Assembly: GCA_965234725.1 (NCBI GenBank) | Contig: CBDDUX010000035.1 | Coordinates: forward strand, 2,357 to 54,787 | DNA from: Thermoplasmatota archaeon | Lineage (GTDB): Archaea; Thermoplasmatota; Penumbrarchaeia; Penumbrarchaeales; Penumbrarchaeaceae | DNA: 52,431 nucleotides | Direction of reading: 5' to 3' | In this document: positions 1-9,474 of the stretch, one piece after another | How the letters are laid out: every line of letters starts with the position of its first letter | Position numbering within the stretch: position 1 is the stretch's first letter | Notes under the pieces: model-generated | Told to the model about the DNA's origin: nothing | The model's input: the letters and a program-made list of their open reading frames with translations, nothing else | The model's database searches: none | Program-made: the position numbers and the translations under genes

Positions 1-290
1 CCATCCCCGCGTGGGTTTGGCATTATTGCGAATGAACAGGGATGGCGAGGCTCGGGACGGGAACCGCCTTCGAAGGTTTCCTTCGGAGGCCAGGAAAATC
101 TCTGATTTTCCGATGGTACCGGGCTGAGCCATCCCCGCGTGGGTTTGGCATTATTGCGAATGAACAGGGATGGCGAGGCTCGGTGGGTCCTGTGGACCCT
201 TATACCGGGTCGGGTATCGAAGATACCACCCTCCGTGAACGGAATTCCCAAAGGGAATTGGGTTCTGAGCCATCCCCACGTATGGTTGGG
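1..290. repeat. Interspaced direct repeat array of a ~55-60 bp structured unit (two identical copies plus one degenerate copy), probably truncated by the window edge
   Basis: CCATCCCCGCGTGGGTTTGGCATTATTGCGAATGAACAGGGATGGCGAGGCTCGG is identical at 1-55 and 129-183. CTGAGCCATCCCC recurs at 124-136 and 265-277. Periods are 128 and 141 bp. Unit ends are self-complementary (CTGAG-CCATCCC / GGGATGG-cgagg-CTCGG). Confidence 0.85.
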
Positions 291-510
291 AATTGGTCCT
301 TGATCGAGGATACCAGGCGACCGCAATAAGTTGATTTGATTATTATATCTTTCCGAATATCGATCCATACCGCGTTATCACGATAGAGAGGTTCATTATT
401 GAAATTTAAATTGACTCCTGTCCGATCAATATTTACGATCGGAAGGATCTCTGAATATAGTTGAAGCTAATGAATAAACTTACAGCTTCTTCTCCGATAT
501 TTACCATGGA

Positions 511-3500
511 TCATTTGTGATCCGGTCTGTGATATACAAGTCCCTCAACCGTTTCAACATATCCTGCTGAAGGTGGGAGTAATCTATCATCTTTAGGAGC
601 AATTATAGGAGCGGGGATCCTTATCTGACCCTCTGGTCTCTTTACTGCAGTTGATAGTTTACCTTCCTCTGTAGCCTTTTCTTTACCATCAGACCTTCTC
701 TTTTTCATGAAGAACCAAAGGGAAGCTCCGATCGAGATCAATACCACAGCTGCAATACTTGCAAGGATCATCATAGCTGATCCATTTCCCTCGGATGAAG
801 ATTTGACGACCACTTCTTCTGTGATCTCGAAATTGTAATTCTCTTCATCGACATTCCCAGCATCATCAGTGGACCTTATTGTGATCACATGAGGGCCAGG
901 TTCCAATTCCTCAGATGAGAATACCCTGTTGTTCTTCAGTTCCATATATTCCTCATTATCGAGCTTCACTTCAATTGTCAAGATCCCTATGTCATCGACA
1001 TCGAAGTACAAATCTATTGTATTGTCGTGAACAATTGACTTCATCTCATCGATGGTGATCTTTGGAGCACTTGTATCGATCCTGAATTCATGTTTGAGAT
1101 AGGTTGTATGGCCAACAAGGTCAATGACTCTGAGTTCAAGACTATGTGTTCCATCCTCAAATTCGAGATCCAAACTTGTCTCGAGTTCATTCATTTCCAG
1201 CACTTTTCCATCAAGTGCAAGTGTGATCCTCTCAACTCCTACCGCATCATTATATGTCCATTCGATCACATGGTCCTTTTCATTTGAAACATCTGAAGGG
1301 ACATTGGACCATTCAACAAAAGCTGGTTCATTGTCAGCGAACACGGTAATAATAGCCGAACCCATGTTCCCGCCCTCATCCCATGCCACCAATGTTATGG
1401 TATGTTCTCCATCTTCTTCTACAACAAACGATCTACTTGTAAAACCTGTAGTGTTACGGATCTCGATTCCATCGAGGAGGATCAACGCTTTGGTTATCTT
1501 TCCTTCATCGGAGCTGGTCCATTCCAGGTTCACGAATCCATCTTTCAGGATCTCATCATCCATGGGTGAGAGAATACTTACCTTTGGAGGGGTTGCATCG
1601 ACATTCAGTTCTATTGAATATATCTCTATGTTCCCTGCAAGGTCCATTGCTTCAACTGATATCATATGTTCTCCATCTTCAAGTGTCAAATCCATTGAGG
1701 TCTCCATTCCAATATCTTCCCATTCTCCATCGTCTATCTTCAACCTGTAACCGGTAAGTGTGTTTTCTTCATATCCTATCCAATTGACACTGAACTCGGA
1801 TGTTCCGATATTCGGGAAGCCAGGCATGTTCTCGAACATGACCCTTGGTGCCTTGGTATCTATGATGATGATAGTGGAATCTTCAATATAATTACCATGT
1901 TCATCATATAGCCGGACTGTGACAGTGGATTCTCCATCGGTTACAGTCCTGGCATAGTCACTGATCTTGATATCGGTATTATCCTCATTAAATTCCAAGA
2001 AATCTGAGTTATAACCAATTCTCAACATTGATCGTACCCATTTGAGATCCCCATCATAATCCAATTTCAGATATAGATGATCCGAATTGGTCTCATATCC
2101 ATCCTTTGGGGTCAGTATATCAAGACCATTATCGTTCCCCACTTTGAAGGGGATCTTAACTTCCGTAGTGAGGCCGGCAATATCGACTGCTTTGATGGTA
2201 AGTATATGGTTACCATCAGAAACTCCAAAATAACCTTCCATGTCATCAGGGGATTCACACCAGTCACTCTCATCAATCTTCCACATGATGGCGTCAAGGT
2301 CCATATTATCGGAGACCTTCCAGATCGATGAAATGTAATTGTTTGAATATGTCATCCCAGGTACCGGAGAAACAATGTCAATGATAGGTGCTATTGTATC
2401 TTTGTATAAGATCAACTTTTTCGATGCTTCCACGAATTTTCCATCATCAACGGTCAAGATTATCTCATTCCTTCCGGATAAAAGATCCAGTGTGTAACAT
2501 CTAGTTTCAGGAGAGATCGTTTTAAGAACACCATTTAATATTATCTTTTGTTCAGAGACCATGAAGTTCTTCTGTACCTCCCATGAAAGCTCAGTTGTAT
2601 CTTCGGTCACGAAATCTTCCGAAACATGATCCAGAATCTTGATGATCTCCCTGGTATTTGGCACTTCAATATTGATAGTTGAAGTGTTAACTAATCCAGC
2701 CTTATCTTTTCCAGTAAGGGATACCTTGTGATCTCCCTCTATGAAGAATATCTTGCAGCTGGATAGGTTCAACACATCATATTCTTCTCCATTTGCTTTC
2801 AATGTCAGTTGCTCAAGACCTGATTTTTCATCTTTTGCATCCCATCTCATCTCAAGGTAAGAAGTCTTTTGTGTATCCTCGGTAGGTTGTTTCAGATCGA
2901 TTTCAGGTTTTCTAAAATCAAAGAATGGATTCGTACAAGGGAAATTATCCACACATGAATTGGGAATATCACATTTTGTATCGACCACACCATCCATGTC
3001 GGCGTCAGGACCTGTATGATCCGACCAATAGTTGCCCTCTCCGTTATGATCGAATTTTGGGATCCAATCTCCGGCCCCAACATACAAATTGCTACATTGA
3101 GACTTTAAAGGATCTATATCAACTCTATTGTTATTGATAAATGAATTTCTGTATATTCTATCGTACTGTCCTGCATAAAGGTTTATCGCGTAACCAGTAG
3201 AATTTAGAAATATATTATCTGTGATCTCAAATCCAATAGGACGAGAATATTCCCATTTGAAGTCCGTTCCACCGATCCCCACTCCACAGTTTTCGAATAT
3301 ACAGTCTTTGATTGTGCTTGTTATCCCTCCATAATTGATGAAATTGACCGGTACGAAGAAGATTCCCACCCCAGTTGTGAAACTGTTGTTATGGATATTG
3401 ATATCTTTGCAGTTATCAAGAATTAGACCATTTCCCAAAGCAGAGTTAAAAGTATTGTGATGAATGGAAGAATATCCACTGCTGTTCTTGATGCTCAAAT

Positions 3501-4122
3501 GGGAGTTATTGAATTCATTGTAACTGATCTCATCATACATGCCAAATTCAGTATCAACAACGGTCATACCCTCGAATTTATTTTCACTGATCACCGGACC
3601 TGAACCTTTACTAAAATATAACTCGGAATTTCCATTGCAGCTGAAAACATTGTTAACTAGTGTAGTACTTGGAGAGTCAATGTTTTCAATTGTTCTTGTG
3701 TTTGCAGGTATATTCGAGAAAGTGGATTCTGTCACATAGGTATTCTGTGTTCTTTCTGCATTAAGGAATTTCCTGTTTCCGTTTATTGAGATCTTCTCTA
3801 ATGTTATTCCCCTTGCAAAGTATAGATGAAATGCGTATTCATTTCCTTCAGAAAAAGTGATATTCTTGAATGTTACATAGTAGGTATTGTTCGAGATCCT
3901 GATACTGTTTTCTCTCATTTCCAGATCCGCTATGACAAATGGCGATGAATAGGTTCCATCCCCTCCATCGATAAATGAGCAGTTCAAGAGTTCATCATCA
4001 CCATCGATGTTGATATCATTAGTCAACATTTCTGATGCGTTCACAAGATCAGAGGGGCCCACCAATGCAACCATTGTTGCGGACACCATTAAAACCATTA
4101 CCAAGCTCACCCCCATTTTCAT
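511..4122 (-). CDS. Large membrane-anchored surface protein: signal peptide, right-handed beta-helix (NosD/PbH1-like) region, tandem Ig-like repeats, C-terminal TM helix
   Basis: 1203-aa ORF with a hydrophobic N-terminus. Asn-rich I..N.F..N repeats end in GNYWSDH..PD.D.DG..D. Repeated DG.H.I.V.A.D.AGN...IDT.AP modules follow, then TM segment MMILASIAAVVLISIGASLWFF and KKRR. Confidence 0.85.
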   Translation of the reverse strand: MKMGVSLVMVLMVSATMVALVGPSDLVNASEMLTNDINIDGDDELLNCSFIDGGDGTYSSPFVIADLEMRENSIRISNNTYYVTFKNITFSEGNEYAFHLYFARGITLEKISINGNRKFLNAERTQNTYVTESTFSNIPANTRTIENIDSPSTTLVNNVFSCNGNSELYFSKGSGPVISENKFEGMTVVDTEFGMYDEISYNEFNNSHLSIKNSSGYSSIHHNTFNSALGNGLILDNCKDINIHNNSFTTGVGIFFVPVNFINYGGITSTIKDCIFENCGVGIGGTDFKWEYSRPIGFEITDNIFLNSTGYAINLYAGQYDRIYRNSFINNNRVDIDPLKSQCSNLYVGAGDWIPKFDHNGEGNYWSDHTGPDADMDGVVDTKCDIPNSCVDNFPCTNPFFDFRKPEIDLKQPTEDTQKTSYLEMRWDAKDEKSGLEQLTLKANGEEYDVLNLSSCKIFFIEGDHKVSLTGKDKAGLVNTSTINIEVPNTREIIKILDHVSEDFVTEDTTELSWEVQKNFMVSEQKIILNGVLKTISPETRCYTLDLLSGRNEIILTVDDGKFVEASKKLILYKDTIAPIIDIVSPVPGMTYSNNYISSIWKVSDNMDLDAIMWKIDESDWCESPDDMEGYFGVSDGNHILTIKAVDIAGLTTEVKIPFKVGNDNGLDILTPKDGYETNSDHLYLKLDYDGDLKWVRSMLRIGYNSDFLEFNEDNTDIKISDYARTVTDGESTVTVRLYDEHGNYIEDSTIIIIDTKAPRVMFENMPGFPNIGTSEFSVNWIGYEENTLTGYRLKIDDGEWEDIGMETSMDLTLEDGEHMISVEAMDLAGNIEIYSIELNVDATPPKVSILSPMDDEILKDGFVNLEWTSSDEGKITKALILLDGIEIRNTTGFTSRSFVVEEDGEHTITLVAWDEGGNMGSAIITVFADNEPAFVEWSNVPSDVSNEKDHVIEWTYNDAVGVERITLALDGKVLEMNELETSLDLEFEDGTHSLELRVIDLVGHTTYLKHEFRIDTSAPKITIDEMKSIVHDNTIDLYFDVDDIGILTIEVKLDNEEYMELKNNRVFSSEELEPGPHVITIRSTDDAGNVDEENYNFEITEEVVVKSSSEGNGSAMMILASIAAVVLISIGASLWFFMKKRRSDGKEKATEEGKLSTAVKRPEGQIRIPAPIIAPKDDRLLPPSAGYVETVEGLVYHRPDHK

Positions 4123-4311
4123 TTACACATCTCCAAATCTGTTATAATAAGTGGCTAAAGAGAGTATATAAGAAGATTAGTACAGTTTTGTTTTAACAGT
4201 TAGAATGATAATATATCCCTTTCAATAGAGGATCTCAGAAGAATTATATTCCATCCCCCCTCTCAACTTTTATATTCCTATAATACATGGTACATTCAAT
4301 GGAGGTCCCAA

Positions 4312-4575
4312 ATGGACTGTAAGGAAGCATCCGACTCCTGGAACAAGAAGGGAGAAAATTCCCTCAAGGAAGGGGACCTCATCCGTGCCGCTGATTTCTT
4401 CAGAAGGTCCCTTTACGAGGACCCATGCTCCTTCAAGGCCCAATCGAACCTCGCATATGTGGAAAGCCTCTTAGAGGAAAGGGAAATGATAATATTTCCT
4501 CTGGGCGACATCGACCAGTATAAACAAAAGAAGAAGGAACAGGATCTCTCGATCCTCTTTGAAAATGATCAATAA
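4312..4575 (+). CDS. Small TPR-repeat-like protein
   Basis: WNKKGENSLKEGDLIRAADFFRRSLYEDP...AQSNLA fits the TPR consensus. GGAGGT RBS lies upstream of the ATG. Confidence 0.7.
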   Translation: MDCKEASDSWNKKGENSLKEGDLIRAADFFRRSLYEDPCSFKAQSNLAYVESLLEEREMIIFPLGDIDQYKQKKKEQDLSILFENDQ

Positions 4576-4594
4576 GATTTTTATGAAAAAAAAG

Positions 4595-4616
4595 AAGGGC
4601 CTCTTAAGAGGCCCTT
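4595..4616 (-). terminator. Palindromic hairpin plus T-tract, probable terminator of the 945-aa gene (possibly bidirectional)
   Basis: Perfect palindrome AAGGGCCTCTTAAGAGGCCCTT between convergent genes, followed by a T run on the minus strand. Confidence 0.6.
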
Positions 4617-4626
4617 ATATCATTCT

Positions 4627-7464
4627 TTACCAATCCATATCGTCCTCTTCTTCCTCGTCGTCCTCTTCCTCCTCCTCATCTTCTTCCTCTTCCTCCTCGA
4701 GCTCTATCTTCTTTGCTTTACGTTCTGGCTTGGCAGGGGCTTCTTTCCTGACAGGTTCTCTCTTTCCCTGGAAGGTCTCCCTTACAACTCCCGCAATTAT
4801 ACCTGCAAAGATAATGGCTGCAAAGAGGATCAGAATGCCAAGTATCACATTCCCGGCACCGTCGGAGACAATGGCCCCATCGTCCTGGATGATCTGTTTC
4901 TGCTCGGAGGGGATGATCCGGTCCTTGGTCCTGATCGAGAACGACTCGCTCTCAGCCTCCGCAAAGGTCCTCTCTCTGTTGGTGATATCTGTGTAGGAGA
5001 AGAGGATGGAGAATGAATATGTGGACGAATCCGATATCTCCTTCATGGCTTCCATATCGAAGGTGATGGAAAGTGTATCTCCCGGCCCCAGGTTGGCGAG
5101 GTCCTGCTCCCCGTTCGATATGGTGAACTGATTCGAATTGTAGGGAAGAAGCGCCTTCAGGTTGCTCGCTTCGGAACCACCCACGTTGATAATGACAACG
5201 GTCACCTCGAAATCGTCTCCCCTATCCACAAGGGGAGCATCCACGCTCATGATCCTTATATCTGGAAGTTTGTCGTAGATGTCATATCGAACCTGCATTG
5301 TGGAACCAGTCATTAGCTCGGAGAACTGTCCCATCTCATCGAAATAGGAGAAATACACAGTCCCGTAATAATTTCCATTGAAATACCTATTATTGGACTC
5401 TGGTCTGACATGGAAGGTGTATGTGAACATCTCACCGGGCATTACGGTACCAATTTCCTCCGGTAGATCGGTAGAAACATAACCAGTGTTAGAAGAGACA
5501 AAATAACATGTCAAATTAATAGCTCCTCCAAGCCCTGCATTGAGTACATCCACAGTTATCTCAACTGTCCTGTCCGCGAGGATGTCGGCCACTTCCACAG
5601 TTATCGGCTGGAACCGGGGTTGAAGAGCAGAGATCTGGATATAGGCCATTAAAGTCTTCGAGAAGGGAACCCCGAATTCCGTGTAACCCTGGACATCGAC
5701 CTTGAAGTAGTTCAGACCCGGAGGTGCATCCCTTCTGAGGTTTGCATAGAAGTAAAAGGTATCTGTTTGTGTGTAGGTACCTGAGGATTCGGATAATCCC
5801 GCCCTTAGAACAGTCTCAAGCGCACCGTTATCTGTATCATTCTCGTTCGAGAACGGCCTCTCAAAAGGTGAGCCGTCATCGGTGTGGATCGTATACATGA
5901 GGTTCTTGAATTCGTACATCTCGTAGTTCTCTATTAAAAGTCTGAACCTCCCGTTTATTGTTCCCGGGGGTTGATTGTATCCATTATCGACATATGCCGA
6001 GATCATGGGTCCGTCCGTGTCGGCAAGGATCTCAATTAGCAGGAATGGTTGATATTCTGAGTTCTTGTCCTCGGGATACTCCCTATCCCGCATTATGTTC
6101 CTGTGCTGGTAATATCCTTTATCGGTCCAGTGACCCACGGTCTTCAACCCATAACCATTCCCCGTAGATCCGTCATCGTTGTAAGATCCAATATAATCGA
6201 TGGGTATCTTGTATTTCCCTGGCGGAAGTCTTGGAAGGAATTCCAGAACATCGAAGGTCACGGTCCGACTCTCACCGACCGGGATGTTAGCAATGGTCTT
6301 TTCAACACCATCCTTGTAGGTACCCCCATTTGAATCCTCGTTCAGGTAATAGTTCGCCCCGAAGATGTATCTGGCATTATCCAGGTCCAAACGGACGATG
6401 ATATCCTGAAGGTTGACATTCCCAACATTCTCGATGGGAACTTCGATGGAGGATGGAAGATTGGACCTCGAATAGGTCATGTACGGGTTGGAAAGATCCT
6501 CAAATTGCGGAGGCATGAGAAGAGGTGTATACTCAACCATAACCGTCTGCTTGGTCATACCCTCGGAGACCTCCATGCCGTTTACAGTATATGAGAGGGT
6601 GATCTGCACGGGATATTTACCGGGAGCGATATCTGAAGGAATGTTTACCCTCCATGCAATGACACTTTGTAGAGTTGGACTGAATATTGTTGGTTCAGGT
6701 ACGGTTATCCCGCTGCCGGGGAAAGCTATGTTAGCAGTCACTTCTGTCACGGTATGGACAGCAGCATAGAGTCCTGTCAGACCAACCAGCTTGTTCATGG
6801 CACCGGCATAGATATCATCATAACTGTAGGACTCCTGGAATCCTTGAATTGTATATGCCGGGTATCCGCTTCCCAGGATGTGGCTTTGGATCTTGAATTC
6901 TATCTTTACCTCATAGGATGAATCTGCCCAGGTATAAACGGTGCCCCCATCATAATCCACCATGTACTTGAAATCCGCCCTGAACCCGATCTGATAGGTT
7001 CCTGGTGCTACCCCGGCCGTCTTTATCTGCATCTTCAGATTGTTGGAAAATGAGTCGGCATAATAGTATCGATTAGTATACTGGCCGATGGTATACCCGT
7101 CACCGTTGTTATTGAAAATACTGCCAAGCATCCAGTTCACTGGTGACATTGCAAGTGGCAACCCATCCTCATCAAAGAATCCGGTCATTGTCAATTTGAC
7201 ATCTTTCAATTCGGAATGATTGCCAACCCATGGACCTATGTAATTCGACCCGTTGTATTCATTGTAGGTCCTGATGTAGAACTCCTCCATGTCCCCGAAC
7301 CTCTGTGTGTTGGAGAAATCATTTAATTCGATGATCATAGGTTTGTCCAGACCACCCCTTGAAGGTGTGGCCAAGTTGTTCGCAAAACCGTCATTTCCGA
7401 TGAAGAACAGCATAGAAGCCGTCAACATCGTGATCATTATCAAAAGACTCCCGATTTTTCCCAA
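4627..7464 (-). CDS. S-layer-domain-like (COG1361-type) surface protein with CARDB-like Ig domains, C-terminal TM and acidic tail
   Basis: 945-aa ORF with a signal peptide and repeated PG.Y...V / I.N.G...A.NL / L.PG....TF motifs. TM segment VILGILILFAAIIFAGIIAGVV is followed by a poly-E/D tail ending DMDW. Confidence 0.75.
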   Translation of the reverse strand: MGKIGSLLIMITMLTASMLFFIGNDGFANNLATPSRGGLDKPMIIELNDFSNTQRFGDMEEFYIRTYNEYNGSNYIGPWVGNHSELKDVKLTMTGFFDEDGLPLAMSPVNWMLGSIFNNNGDGYTIGQYTNRYYYADSFSNNLKMQIKTAGVAPGTYQIGFRADFKYMVDYDGGTVYTWADSSYEVKIEFKIQSHILGSGYPAYTIQGFQESYSYDDIYAGAMNKLVGLTGLYAAVHTVTEVTANIAFPGSGITVPEPTIFSPTLQSVIAWRVNIPSDIAPGKYPVQITLSYTVNGMEVSEGMTKQTVMVEYTPLLMPPQFEDLSNPYMTYSRSNLPSSIEVPIENVGNVNLQDIIVRLDLDNARYIFGANYYLNEDSNGGTYKDGVEKTIANIPVGESRTVTFDVLEFLPRLPPGKYKIPIDYIGSYNDDGSTGNGYGLKTVGHWTDKGYYQHRNIMRDREYPEDKNSEYQPFLLIEILADTDGPMISAYVDNGYNQPPGTINGRFRLLIENYEMYEFKNLMYTIHTDDGSPFERPFSNENDTDNGALETVLRAGLSESSGTYTQTDTFYFYANLRRDAPPGLNYFKVDVQGYTEFGVPFSKTLMAYIQISALQPRFQPITVEVADILADRTVEITVDVLNAGLGGAINLTCYFVSSNTGYVSTDLPEEIGTVMPGEMFTYTFHVRPESNNRYFNGNYYGTVYFSYFDEMGQFSELMTGSTMQVRYDIYDKLPDIRIMSVDAPLVDRGDDFEVTVVIINVGGSEASNLKALLPYNSNQFTISNGEQDLANLGPGDTLSITFDMEAMKEISDSSTYSFSILFSYTDITNRERTFAEAESESFSIRTKDRIIPSEQKQIIQDDGAIVSDGAGNVILGILILFAAIIFAGIIAGVVRETFQGKREPVRKEAPAKPERKAKKIELEEEEEEDEEEEEDDEEEEDDMDW

Positions 7465-7538
7465 TTTAACACCCGTTCATGGATGTACAAAAGCTTTATT
7501 AGAGATTTGCCCAGAAATACGATCCAAATAGTCCGATA

Positions 7539-8429
7539 TCAGCTAATTATCAGCAATATAAATGCGAGGAGATTGTTTGCCGAATGGAACACCAAGGAGG
7601 GGACCACAGACCCGGACCTCTCCCGTAACATCCCCATGAAGATACCAAGAATAAAGATCGGGAGAAGGGTGACCGGAGTGAAATGTGCCATGGAGAAGAG
7701 CCCTCCTGTCACCAATATTGCCACCCACGAAGCATATCTCTTCCTGATCCGATCGTACAAATAACCTCTGAAGAGCAGTTCCTCGATGAATGGCGCAACA
7801 ATAACGATCGCCACGAAAAGGTAAAGCTGGTCCGCTGTCCCATTCAATTCCGAAACCAGAGCGGGAGCTCTACCAAATCCGATCTTATCTGCAACACTGG
7901 CAAACATAATACCGGCGACCGCAAGAGGTGCCAAGGCCAGAAATCCGAATATCGTTGTGGAAAGGATCTTTTGTCCTTTGAACATGGAATGAAGGTCCCT
8001 ATCACTTCTTAACAGCCAGAGCATCAGAAAAAGAAGGAGTGAATAAAGGGCAACCATTAATAGAATGTGGATCGCCTGGAAAGAGGAACCGCTGCTTCCA
8101 GGACCCAAGGCCCTTCCGGTTGGGATCTCAGACCCAAGTATGAAACAGGCTCCAACGAAGATCATACCTGCTATGAACTGGGAGAACAGTAAGGCCATCA
8201 TCATGACCGCAGCCCCTTTCCAAGGAGAATCAGCATCCTTTGATCTGCTCTTACCAGTTGCATAAGACACGGTCAAAAGGCATAGAACCGGGGAGAATAT
8301 GTTCAAAAGGATCGCGGGAAGAACCCTTAACTCATCTTTTTTACTCCAGATCAAGATCGCTCCATTGAACCTGAGGATCATGGACACAACCACCATGATC
8401 AGCAATAACCCCGGCCTCAGGTCCTCCAT
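7539..8429 (-). CDS. CPBP (CAAX prenyl protease 2 / Abi) family intramembrane metalloprotease
   Basis: Multi-TM protein with APFIEELLFRG, FSMAH and HSANN motifs. Alternative GTG start at 8444. Confidence 0.9.
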   Translation of the reverse strand: MEDLRPGLLLIMVVVSMILRFNGAILIWSKKDELRVLPAILLNIFSPVLCLLTVSYATGKSRSKDADSPWKGAAVMMMALLFSQFIAGMIFVGACFILGSEIPTGRALGPGSSGSSFQAIHILLMVALYSLLLFLMLWLLRSDRDLHSMFKGQKILSTTIFGFLALAPLAVAGIMFASVADKIGFGRAPALVSELNGTADQLYLFVAIVIVAPFIEELLFRGYLYDRIRKRYASWVAILVTGGLFSMAHFTPVTLLPIFILGIFMGMLRERSGSVVPSLVFHSANNLLAFILLIIS

Positions 8430-8517
8430 GGCCGAAATACACAACGGAACGATAAAACAGCTCCCCTCAAAAAATCAAAATCTCTAATAAGCCCCCTCCC
8501 ATTACCAGGCGATATCC

Positions 8518-9474
8518 ATGACAGACAACCTTGAAACACCTCCCGTGGAGGATATTGATCTCAACATGATCGATTCCGTTTCCGAACTCGTTTCAGCACT
8601 GGGAAGGGGAGGAGGATTTTCTGCAAAGAAACTGGCCGAGGCAGCGGTAATAATGAGGGACATGATCTTAAACGATGATTGCTACAAGTTCCTATCCTTT
8701 CCGGCATGCATCATCTCCACAGGATGCAGGGGTGTCATCAAGGAAATGGTGAAGAGGAAATGGGTGGACGGGATCATCACAACATGCGGTACCCTGGACC
8801 ATGACCTTGCCAGGATCTGGAGAAAATACCATCACGGTTCCTTCGAGATGGACGATTCGGATCTTTACCACAGGGGAATTCATAGGTTGGGCAATATTCT
8901 GATCCCCATAGACTCATACGGTATCATACTGGAGAACAAGATGAGGGAACTGATGACTGACATTTGGGAAACAGGTCAGAGGGAGTTCTCCACAAGAGAG
9001 ATCGTATATGAGGTGGGAAAGAGGCTCGAGGACGAATCCTCCATTACATACTGGGCCGCGAAGAACAACATCCCGATCTACCTCCCGGGACCTACGGACG
9101 GGGCCTTCGGGTCCCAGCTTTGGATGTGGAGGCAGACCCATCCGGACCTTAAACTTGACCTGTTCAAGGACGAGCAGGAGCTATCCGATATTGTCTTTGA
9201 TGCCAAGGAAACAGGGGCCTTGATGATTGGAGGAGGCATATCCAAACATCATGTGATCTGGTGGAACCAGTTCAGGGATGGCCTTGATTATGCGGTCTAC
9301 ATAACAACGGCTGTCGAATGGGACGGATCACTGTCAGGTGCCAGGATGAGGGAAGCGATATCCTGGGGAAAGCTGAAGGAGAACGCCCCGCATCTTACTC
9401 TGGAGGGAGATGCCACGGTACTTCTCCCGATCCTGATGGCATCCGTCAAACAGGACCTGGAAGGATCCAAGTGA
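8518..9474 (+). CDS. dys: Deoxyhypusine synthase
   Basis: Motifs GGFSAKKL, TCGTLDHDL, HRLGNI, GGGISKHH and DGSLSGA...EAISWGK (catalytic Lys). Confidence 0.97.
   Translation: MTDNLETPPVEDIDLNMIDSVSELVSALGRGGGFSAKKLAEAAVIMRDMILNDDCYKFLSFPACIISTGCRGVIKEMVKRKWVDGIITTCGTLDHDLARIWRKYHHGSFEMDDSDLYHRGIHRLGNILIPIDSYGIILENKMRELMTDIWETGQREFSTREIVYEVGKRLEDESSITYWAAKNNIPIYLPGPTDGAFGSQLWMWRQTHPDLKLDLFKDEQELSDIVFDAKETGALMIGGGISKHHVIWWNQFRDGLDYAVYITTAVEWDGSLSGARMREAISWGKLKENAPHLTLEGDATVLLPILMASVKQDLEGSK

Noticed and set aside
1-290. CRISPR array (CCATCCCC(G/A)CGT resembles part of type I-E repeats)
   Set aside because: The identical unit is 55 bp and spacers are about 70-80 bp and palindromic. The I-E style CCCC/GGGG short hairpin is not intact and no cas genes are in view.
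42-329. 95-aa ORF over the repeat array
   Set aside because: No RBS or recognisable motif; it runs through repeats and palindromes, so it is likely a chance ORF.
4559-4996. Poly-serine ORF on the plus strand
   Set aside because: It is the antisense shadow of the Glu/Asp tail codons of the 945-aa gene.
9318-9470. 51-aa N-terminal extension of TiaS
   Set aside because: It overlaps the conserved dys C-terminus; a GTG overlapping the dys stop gives the normal TiaS start.
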